A DNA stretch of 43,608 nucleotides from Nemertoderma westbladi (taxonomy: Eukaryota; Animalia; Xenacoelomorpha): the NCBI GenBank assembly GCA_032718475.1, contig JAUCBJ010008707.1, positions 1-43,608 of the forward strand, read 5' to 3'. The notes under the pieces were generated by a model. That model worked only from the letters and a program-made list of their open reading frames with translations, had not been told where the DNA came from and made no database searches. Made by a program: the position numbers and the translations under genes. Below are positions 33,720 through 43,608 of the stretch, in pieces; the first letter of the stretch is position 1; the number at the start of each line of letters is the position of its first letter.

Positions 33720-34968
33720 CCCATTAAGTCCTAAGGTCTACATTTGTAGACCCATGCAATATGGTGCTCTCAATTAAAAGCTGTACCAATTTATTTAGTA
33801 TTTTCACTATAAATCAGACTTAGAGGCATGGGATAACTATTTAAAGTAAATTTTGGCCCTCATGTTCGCAATACTAACATCTGACAAAAGCTCAATTTTA
33901 GTGAATTTATGCAAAAAGAGTACGAGTCAATTCAACTCTAATTTTAGGACGAAAGTTGCCTCATGTGACTTGGAGATGCAAATATTATCATCCCTGATAA
34001 TTTCTGAACATATAAATGAATTATGAAGCTCCCAACAACATGTAATTAGAATTCGTGATGTCCTGAATGAGCAAGTCTACAAATGTAGACCTTAGGACTT
34101 AACCCTATTCCACCTGGGCTCTTTTGTCCGAGATTCCACCTGGGGTTGGGCATAATATGCCCAACAGTTTATTATACACGAAAAAGTAATGATAATTTTA
34201 TCAAAACTTTCCAAATTTTCGCAGGTTTATAGAAAAATATATAATGCATCTGTTCTGAGTTTTATATATTCATAATTTTAAATAATATATCCATATAAAT
34301 TAATTATCATGAAGATAAACCATTATAGTAAAAAGATGAGATAATACTATACATACTCCTCCCAACACCACTGTCTGCCTAACTCTGCCAGACATCCCAA
34401 GTGAAAATTTTGCTTGCAGGGGTGCTGTTATTGAATAGATTTATTCACCTCTGATTATGTCTGCTGCATTACATTAGGAATATACTGGTTTCAATGGTGG
34501 TTGTTGTTTTATCCTACCTAGTAGACTTATTGCTTGCTTATCTGTCAGTTTAGTATTTTGTTATTAAAAAATAATGTGATTGATGTGTACTAATCCAAGC
34601 AGTAGACAATCTCGTGTTTGAAGTTAACTTTACAACCCAGCCAAGTGAATGGAAATGTCCTGGACCGTAATTGGTTGTATTCTAGCTTGTTGACCAGGGG
34701 AACTATCCAACCAGGGATTATCTTTTCTACCAGTTAGGCTAATAAAGAGATTATAATAAAAAAATGTGACTATGATATGAAAAACACACCATAGCACAAA
34801 CAGTATAAATGATGAAAAATATATTTTGTTACCATCAGAAAGCCAATTAAATTCTAGGAAAAGTCAATGAATTTCATAATAATACATAAAAATCATCATG
34901 ATGAATTTCTAAAAATAAAAAGTGTTTGGCAGATTCTGCCCAACCCCAGGTGGAATAGGGTTAAGGGG
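33720..34968. mobile_element. MITE with ~30-bp TIR CCC(A/C)TTAAGTCCTAAGGTCTACATTTGTAGAC; the right TIR is split by a nested insertion
   Basis: Left TIR at 33720-33751. The right TIR is 34075-34102 plus 34965-34968. A third, diverged TIR copy lies near 36782-36815. Confidence 0.82.
34103..34960. mobile_element. piggyBac-like MITE, TIR CCCTATTCCACCTGGG, TTAA TSD
   Basis: TTAA at 34099-34102 and 34961-34964, with perfect 16-bp TIRs. The subterminal TTCCACCTGGGGTTGGGCA is mirrored at the right end. Confidence 0.92.
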
Positions 34969-35090
34969 TACAAATATCACTGAAATTACTGTAGTACAGT
35001 ATATACTGTAATTTCAGAAGACATTTCAAACAGGAATATGGATACAGGATACAGGGGCTCATAATTTCACCTGACATAGAGTAGGTACTG

Positions 35091-35372
35091 TACAGTCGGG
35101 CACTTTGTCAATATTGACATGTTGTCAATATTGACATGTTCCATGTCAAAATTGACATGATGTCAATATTGACATGTTTTGATCATAAATTTTTTAAATA
35201 TTGTGATTTGAAAAGTAGAAAATGATTTTTGTAAAGAGAATATCTATTTTGATTAAAATATTGTTGAATCCAACCAATGTATATTGTTGTTTGTAATAAT
35301 TTTAATGATATGTTTTATTGCATGTCAATATTGACATCTAATGTCAATATTGACATGAACGCTGGGTTCGTA
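35091..35372. mobile_element. Small foldback/MITE-like element with a repeated 14-bp palindrome TGTCAATATTGACA
   Basis: Palindrome at 35106, 35123, 35144 (variant), 35161, 35323 and 35342. The element starts TA|CAGTCG, a Tc1/pogo-like end. Confidence 0.55.
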
Positions 35373-35399
35373 TGTTCATTTCAACCCCACCAAATCTAT

Positions 35400-36226
35400 T
35401 TAGAGGCCTTCAAGCAGTCAAGTAGCATCACAAATACTGAAACGAGCTGTCAAAGCGCTTTAGTTAGAGACATTCTTGCTGCATTTTAAATACCGAAAAG
35501 AGCTTTTGAAACTATTCAGGCCTTCGCGCAGCATGTTAAATACTAGAAATGAGCCACTAAAACTGTTCAGAGTCCTTTGTGCAGCATGATAAATGCTGAA
35601 AAGTGCAGTTGAAATTGTTCAGAGGGTATCATGTATCATGAGAAAAACTGAAAAGAACTGATAAAACTGCCCAGGGGCCTTCGCACAGTTTGAAAAATAC
35701 ATAAAAGATCTCTCAAAGCTGCTCAGAGACCTTTGTGCAGCATGATATACGCTGAAAAAAGATTTTGAAATGAAACTATTCAGAGCTTTGTGCAGCATGA
35801 TAAATGCTGAAAAGAGCTGTTGAAACTGTTCAGAGGTCTTCGAGCAGCTTGAGAAAGACTGAAAATAAGTTTTGAAACTTTTAGGCCTTCGCACAGAAGG
35901 TGAAATACTGAAAAGAGTTGATAAAACTGTTCACAGAGTTCTTCATGCAGCATGATAAATGCTGAAAATAAACAGTTGAAATTGTTCAGATGGCTTTGTG
36001 CAACATGATAAAAGCTGAAAATAAATTGCTGTTGAAAGTTATAAAACTGTTCAAAGTCCTTCATGCAGCATAAATTCTGAAAAATAACATTTGAAGTTGT
36101 TCAGAGGGCTTTGTGCAATATGAGAATGCTGAAAATAGCTGTTGAAACTGTTCAGATGCCTTCGTGCAGCATGATAAATGCTGAAAAGGGCTGTTGAAAC
36201 TGCTAAAAGGCCTTCATGCAGCATGA
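35400..36226. repeat. Degenerate ~51-bp tandem repeat (GCAGCATGATAAATGCTGAAAAGAGCTGTTGAAACTGTTCAGAG...)
   Basis: Roughly 16 diverged units are visible. Confidence 0.88.
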
Positions 36227-36230
36227 TGCA

Positions 36231-36750
36231 TGTGTCTGCACCACTGTCTGCACCAGTGTCTGCACCACTGTCTGCACCACTGTCTGCACCAGTGTCTGCA
36301 CCACTGTCTGCACCAGGTGTCTGCACCACTGTCTGCACAAGTGTCCGCACCACTGTCTGCACCAGTGTCTCCACCACTGTCTGCACCACTGTCTGCACCA
36401 CTGTCTGCACCAATGTCTGCACCCATGTCTGCACCACTGTCTGCACCAGTGTCTGCACCAGGTGTCTGCATCACTGTCTGCATCACTGTCTGCACCACTG
36501 TCTGCACCAGGTGTCTGCACCACTGTCTGCACCAGTGTCTGCACCAGTGTCTGCACCACTGTCTGCACCAAAGTCTGCACCAGTGTCTGCACCACTGTCT
36601 GCACCAGGTGTCTGCACCATTGACTGCACCAGTGTCTGCACCAGTGTCTGCACCACTGTCTGCACCAGTGTCTGCACCACTGTCTGCACCACTGTCTGCA
36701 CCAGGTGTCTGCACCACTGTCTGCACCAGTGTCCGCACCACTGTCTGCAC
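36231..36750. repeat. 12-bp minisatellite TGTCTGCACCA(C/G) with occasional 13-bp units
   Basis: Homogeneous tandem array. It accounts for the overlapping low-complexity ORFs in all six frames. Confidence 0.97.
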
Positions 36751-36934
36751 ATATTTTTGCACAAAATAAGTGTATTATTGTACCCTTGAAGTCCTAACGT
36801 CTACATTTATAGACCCTATGTAAAATCTATCTTCCTATCTATCTATCTATCTATCTTTATGCTCACAATAAAAATTTCAAGAAATTTCATTGAAGCATTC
36901 ATGGTCCGGGACTTGCTGGCGGGACTTGGGCGGG

Positions 36935-39900
36935 ACTCGCTTCTAATTCTAGCGTGGTTGTTGCTATGGTGACATTATGGAAAGCTAGCAGTATAATTAG
37001 GGTAATTCTCATGCATACAGATCTGGGATGCTATTTAATAGTAATTCTTTAATTGTCAATATTCCCCTTTATACATGATTTTATGAATTTTATCGGCTAT
37101 TGACTATATATTGGAGATTCTCTCACACTAATATATTTAATAGGGTGAATCTCCGCTCCCATGATCTATTAATTAATGGAATTTTGGGAATGTTATAAAT
37201 TGTATAAAATGACAATTTATCAAATTCATGAGAGGATATTATGAATTTAAATTTATTCCCGTAAATTTTATTATTTAATATTAAAATAGACACAATTTTA
37301 TTCCAGAGCATGTCTGGGAACTAGGATCCTTAATTCTAGGAAATTTGTCCTTTTAAGAGTATCGGTAAGTGCTACGATATCTTAATCGACTAGAATTTTA
37401 AAGGATCTAAAATTTGACAGATTTTGTAAATATTAATAATTAATATTTAGGATGGGCACCAGTTTATTCCAGAACTTGTCTGGGGACGTTAACCACTGAT
37501 TCTAGAATTTTGTCTTTCAAGTATATCGGAGGGTGCCACGATATCTTAATCGACTAGAATTGCAGATGGTCGAAGGGTTTAACAGATTTATTTTTGCGTT
37601 TTACGCTACTGTTAAAAGGGACATCACGCTACTATATGTATTATTTAATATACGGTATGAGAGCAATATTGCACGAAGCAATGTCAGTGTGAAGAGGCAA
37701 GTCGTTTCCAAGGTCTACCCAGAGCTTGGTTTAGCCGAGACACGAGGATCTGAACTTTGCATTCCTAATACTCTACTTACCAATAATACTTGAGTATAGT
37801 AGGAGCTTTATTGTACTTTAATAAGTACGGACATTTCATCTTACTGTAGTCACGTATTTATAATATGATACGGACAGTACAGAAAGAGAAAAAAGAATTA
37901 TTTCTCGCCGTTGTACTAAATATATAATGTTAAGTAATTAAGTAATAAACACGAGTATATATATTGCACTAGTCTACTAAATAGTCGCTAAAATAACATT
38001 CTACTAAACTAAATAAAATTAAAGAAAACGATTATAATAAAATTACGTAATAATACATACATAAATATAAAATAATAAAAAACAAATATAAAATAATGTA
38101 GTCACACACCCACTCCAGACACTGTTACATTGGGGAGTCCCTAGATGTTTGTTGGATTAGAAAGGTGGTCGTGGGAAGTGTATCTTGCCTTCCATAGTTT
38201 CCGGATAGTTCTCTGTCTCTTTCCAGTAAACATAAACGACCAACTGGGCGATTGAGTTGCTGTGTTTCGAATACAATTCCAGGTTTCTTAAAGTTACGTC
38301 GCATGATGACGAGTTCTACCGATCACACTAAACCATCATCGGATATATGAGTCTTGATGATACGACCTGTCTGCCACCGCTTACGTGGAAGATCTGATTC
38401 CACAACAAGGACCATGTCTCCAGCGCTGACGTTTTCTTGCTGCGCAAACCACTTGGTTCGAAGTTGTAGCGTAGGCAGATAATGTTTTTCGAAATGGTCA
38501 GCGAAACGACGGGATAATAACTGCATAAGTTGCCAAGTTTGTCGGCAGTATTCGTCTCCATCCGTGATTTCCGATTGCGGGAGCATGGCTACAGGTTTCT
38601 TCAGTAGGAAATGCGCGGGTGTTAGCGCTTCTAGGGAGCCGGGACTCGATGAGACTGGCATAAGCGGTCTCTCGTTAAGATAGGCGGCGATTTCTTCCAT
38701 TAACGTCCGCAAAAGTTCGTCGATGAGATACGCGCGGCAAGGCACTATAAAGTGAAATGCGGTCTTCACGCTCCTTATCAATCTCTCCCAACTTCCTCCC
38801 CACCAAGGGGCGTCGGCGGCGTTGAAGATCCAGCTAGATGCTGTTACCCTTAGCTGATCGTCCACCTGTCTTTGGTTCCAATCTTTAACGTAAGCCTTGA
38901 TCTCCTTATTGGTGCCAATGAAGTTCGTTCCCTTATCAGATCTCATCGTGTTGCTAGTTCCAAAGCGAGCGATCTGTCGGCGTAAACTCAGTATGAAGCT
39001 GTTGGTAGATAGATCGTTCACCATATCTAGATGGATCGCTCTACAAGTCATACAGACAAAGATGACACACCATCGCTTGACTATAGTCCTAGCACGATAT
39101 ACTTCAATAGGGCCAAATAAATCCACACTGGTATTAGTAAAGGGTGGTTCATAGAAGCTTACTCGTTCCCTAGGTAATTCTGCCTCTCGCTGTGTTAAAG
39201 GCCTACTGAATGCTTTCCTACAGGGTATACAGTTCCTAAGAACTTGGTTCAGAGCTCTACGGGGTTTATGAAAATAATAGCGAGTTCGAATTTCGCTCAG
39301 AACTCGTTCTCTACCAGCATGGTAAAGCCTACTATGAACATCTACAATCATCTTGATTTGTATTTCAAGATTTCTAATGAGTATGGGAAATTTAGTGTCA
39401 AAGGACAATGGAGCATTAGTTAGTCTCCCTCCAACACGTATTAACCCATCTATCATTGTGCTAGAGAAACGATCCCTTAAGCGCATCTGTGGATTTCTCA
39501 ACAACAGGAAATACTTATCGGAAACTTCATAGCATTGCGGAGTCTCAGTATCTGCTTATTGGTTTCTTCATGCTCCTGGTAACTGATCTTCTCCGTCAGA
39601 AACCTATCCGACACTTTGTATTTGGGAAGATCTTTAATAACATGGACCTGCACTGATGTTATTGGAGCGGTATCACCTTTGGCTTTCATCCCGGAGTAGT
39701 GATGGTGAAAACATCTCTTTAAATATGTAACGGCCTTACAGAGCCGATTCCAGGAACTGTAGTGATGTATCGCTCTCTGCAGAAGAGGTGAGAGTCCTTG
39801 CGAGACGTCTGGTATTCCAGATTTCCAATCTTTCTCACGGATTTCCACAACAAGTTTATTTGTGGCTGTGGGTTTCTGATCTAAAGCGTCGTCTCCGGAA

Positions 39901-41167
39901 GTATGTAGTACAGACAGATCTACTGTGGGTTTGAATAACTTCGATTTACTCGCCCGAGTTTTAGGTTTGACTTTCTCCGCTCCCTTGGCCTGTCTAATCT
40001 CTGTGGTAGTAAGATGAGGAGGCCATTCTTCTTCTTCTTTGTAGAGGAAGTCGGGTCCACCTAACCAGTCTGGAGTATCTACCAGTTCTTGTGGAGTTGC
40101 TCCCCTGGAGGCGATGTCTGCTGGGTTAATCGTTCCGGGGCAATGTCTCCATTGATCCATCGTTGTGCGACTGAGTATAATAGCTACTCTGTTGGTAACG
40201 AAGACGCTGAACTGACAGACTTCATTGGTTATATACTCCAACACTAGTAAAGCGTCGGTCCAATAGACAGTTTTCTCCAGTGGATAGTCGATTTGTTCTG
40301 TTACATTCCGGCTGATGGCTGTAGCGTATAGAGCCGCTTTTAACTCCGCTCGAGGAACTTTCAACTTGTTGTTTATCAATGCCTTAGAGGTAACCAAGGC
40401 GACTTTGATTCCGTCCGGAGTTTCCACCCTTAGGTAGGCTACTATACCTATTCCCATATCGCTGGCGTCTCCAAACACATGGAGTTGATAGGAATACGTA
40501 GGGAGAACATGACCAAAATATGAACGGGAAATTATAAAGTTCTCGATGGCTGGTAGAGAATCCTCCCATTTCATCCACTTCTTTAATAATTCTCCCTTAA
40601 GTGGATCGTCCCATGAGTGGTTTTCAAGCCACATTTGTTGTACTAAACTCCGAGCAATCAATATAACTGGGCTAATAAATCCCAATGGATCGAAATAAGT
40701 GCTCAGGATACTTAAACAAATCCGTTTAGTCCGAACTGGATTATCTCGCTGTTTTAGTTGGAAAAACAGGATATCTCTTTCTGTGTCCCATTTCAAACCA
40801 AGGGTCTTAGTTTCTGGGAGATCATCCTTTATTAGATCCAGGTCTTTTGCTCCTCGATCTTCTACCGGGATCGACTCCAGAAACTCACGGGAGTTGCTGG
40901 TGAATTTAGTTAATCGAAATCCACCTCTTTTTAAGCACTCTACCGTTCCTTTAGCGACCTCAATGGCTTCTTCGACTGATGGAAGGGACTTTAGATTATC
41001 GTCCATATAGATGTCTCGTTTGATATTGTCGATCACCTCTTTAGAGAAGGCGTCTCGGTTGTCATCCGCAGTGGTGCGCACCACGGAACAGGCGTTTGAA
41101 GGGCTCGAGATTATCCCAAAAGCTTGAATGGTCATCCAGTACTCCACCGGTTTCTGGTTGAGGTCTC
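36935..41167 (-). mobile_element. Second, diverged BEL/Pao copy (RT from mid-domain, RNase H, integrase, post-pol region), inverted relative to copy 1
   Basis: The ORFs 39498-41204 and 38323-39504 align residue by residue with 24463-27690. There is a 1-nt deletion near 39540 and a premature TGA at 38323-38325. The non-coding part matches about 27690-28858. Confidence 0.95.
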
Positions 41168-43608
41168 TGTTACGGTATATGGCGCTGTACACATTATTAG
41201 CCATTATACAGTATAATATATTGGTCCATTATGCAGTATAATATATTAGTCCGTTATACTGTACGCAATATTAGTCCGTTATGCAGTATAATATTTTAGG
41301 TAAGGTATAATAGCGCAGTGATATTTAGATAGGGAAATTGAAACGCCCATATATTTTGAATTCATCCATTTTGTATAGTATGTAGCCCTACCTACGTAAT
41401 TTTGTATTAGGATATAAGTAGATAGTTCCAGGGTAGCAAGTTCAGTTGGACCCTGGATTTTGGGCTTGCTGTTATTAGTCTTGATGGGCTAGCTATCACA
41501 TGTCGTAATTCCCTATAATTGCGCTAAATTAATGTTTGTGCATCATGTTATTGGTACCGCTAAATTAAGCACCGGCAAAATTACCTTATATGGTGACGTT
41601 TAGGGGGTTAGGGCTACAATCCGGCTTTCTTATTGGACTAACTGCTTCCAGGTTGGTCTAATGATAAGCGCGGATTGAAGAGCCAATGAGTGAGCGATTG
41701 CATCACCCTTCTCGGATCACCTATAAATTGGCGGTTTGCCGGTAGAGCTGTACCTCAATCTCAACTCAATCCGTTTGCTACCTGTTACGCCATCAGACAT
41801 ATTTAGTACCATTAAGTTAGAAGTATAATCTTGCGTATTTCTGCAATTTGCTATTTTTCGATTAATTTCTTGAAATGATTTGTTAGTGCTACTATTCTCA
41901 ATTGCGTTTCTCAATCAATCCTATCGATTACTGCTAATTACAATCGGAACTATGATTTCTACCCCTTTTGTTAATGGTTCTATGTAATTCTTTTCGACGC
42001 AATAATCCTAAGGGATTTTCTGAGACTTTCAGACTTTGTGATTTGCATGCGCCGCTACGGTAGCTATTCAAATAAATGAAGGGCTAAGGTGCCAGTAGGC
42101 GGTGGGCACATCGGGGGGTTGAGTGACTAAGGGAGAGCGGAGGATTCAAAGGCGTGCAACGCTGGCGGGGGGTCACCGTTGTGGTCGGGCGTTTCGCACT
42201 GTAGCATGCAGACCATTCGCCGATACAGTAATTAGGGGGCTGATGATCCAGGTTTCGTCTCTATTTAGTATTAGGGGGGCAGGAATCGGGTTAGTTAGGA
42301 AGCCTAGATGTATCCGGGAGAGGCCTGCACGTATTACAGCGTGGAGTGTGGCGTACGAATAGTGAATCACACAACTGTGGACTACACGGTAGTTAACTGC
42401 ATAATTGCGAACTGTGATTGCTGACGCTGATTGGTGTGTTACTGAAGTGTGCCTATGATTACAAATGTTTAGGTAGGCGCCCCCTTTCTCTTTGATTGAT
42501 TTCTATTTCTTAGTTACAACAAATAATTACTGATTAGGTCAAAGTAATACGGCAATTTAGGCTATTACTAGCGCAACCTGTTGTGTAATAAATTAGAATA
42601 ATTACGCATTCTGGAACTCTTAGTAATTAGTACGCTGTTACATATTTGTGACTGTAATTGATTAGTAAAATTAAGAATTAGTGCGCAGCATAGCGCAGAT
42701 TAGCTAAGGTAATAATTAGAGTACTGTAAACTATTCACGCTGAGCGGTTATTTGCATTAGTGGGCAATAAGCCAGATCGCTTTATTCAGTACGCACAACA
42801 CACTAGTAATTTGCTGGCCTAAAGCCAGCTGCAGGCAAGTTTAGACCCAGAGCGGTATTATCCACGTAGAGACAAAATACTGTATCATTTTGATTATTTT
42901 AAATATTCTCGCTTTCATACATTTCGTTAGGGAACCTCCAGTATTCGCGATTAGAAAAGACGTAGGCAATAGCGTGCTTAAAATAGTGATAAAATTAGGC
43001 GTAAGAATACTCTGAGTGCAAAGCCTCTCGCACTCGTCTTAAGTAAGCTTAGGGAGCCGACTCGGGTTTATTGTTTTGGTTATTCCCGCGTGGCTCATAG
43101 ATTCGAACAGTTAGCTCTCTATCGAGCGATCGGTAGAGAAAGGAACAAGCGATTTTGCAGGAGCCGTGTAAATTTAGTAAAATATATTAGCGGGCGGCAG
43201 ATTAGCGCCATCCAACGGTAAGTAGCGGTTTTGTATTTAGCAGCCCTACAATTTAGTAATAGCACGCTCCTGATCGCCTTTACTTAACAGTAGAGCAGTC
43301 TTTGTGTCTTATTGGTTAGGCGGGAACTCATTAGGTTGGCAGAGAAGTATACGGGTATTTGTCTGTTCAACAGTTCTGCTGTCAGTATAGGGGTCGCGGT
43401 TGTTTATCAGTAATATGTGTTTATTTGCTGTAGGCTGTAGCGTACAGTAAATAGAGTATTCTTAGGCTGTTAGTTTAGATTACTGTTACTGGTTACTTCG
43501 TATCAGTAATACGTGTATTTATTGGCTGTTGCTTGCAGCAGTCAATATTGTATTCTTAGGCTGCTAGTTTAGATTACTGTATTCACTGGTCGCGTACAAT
43601 AGTACAGT
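41168..43608 (+). mobile_element. Probable LTR and leader of a third, unrelated LTR retrotransposon inserted into the RT of BEL copy 2
   Basis: BEL homology stops abruptly at 41167 and the new sequence begins TGTTACGG. It has ~25-bp U3-like repeats (41193-41300), CCAAT-like boxes, TATAAAT at 41722 and AATAAA at 42071. The LTR end and PBS were not identified. Confidence 0.6.

Noticed and set aside
36051-36789. Several 93-203 aa ORFs (SAPL, CTTV, CLHH, GADS, VQT repeats)
   Set aside because: They are translations of a stop-free 12-bp minisatellite in all frames, with no unique coding flanks.
43202-43218. TTAGCGCCATCCAACGG as the PBS of the third LTR element
   Set aside because: It lacks TGG and is not preceded by a recognisable ...CA LTR end.

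Overview
This is AT-rich eukaryotic DNA, probably from an invertebrate animal, and it consists almost entirely of nested transposable elements. From left to right: (1) an intronless HECT E3-ligase-like gene facing tail-to-tail an IS3/IS481-type DDE transposase gene (IS3EU-like DNA transposon carrying cargo); (2) a solo LTR with a 5-bp ACACC target-site duplication; (3) a minus-strand fibrinogen-related gene whose introns are filled with Penelope-like and LINE remnants; (4) piggyBac-like MITEs and several minisatellites; (5) a nearly full-length BEL/Pao LTR retrotransposon (17111-32107, +); (6) a second, diverged, inverted and fragmented copy of the same family (33434-41167, -), cut by nested MITEs and by a third LTR element starting at 41168. 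The BEL/Pao family is the most unusual part. It has no tRNA-type primer-binding site; the 11 nt right after the 5' LTR are instead complementary to a site in its own LTR, which suggests Tf1-like self-priming. It has a ~1.6-kb post-pol region whose stems are kept between the two copies, including a tandem hairpin/pseudoknot with an invariant 23-mer. It also has a decayed third ORF that is not env-like, with tandem CCHC fingers and a basic tail. All family calls come from motif recognition by eye; no database search or folding program was run.
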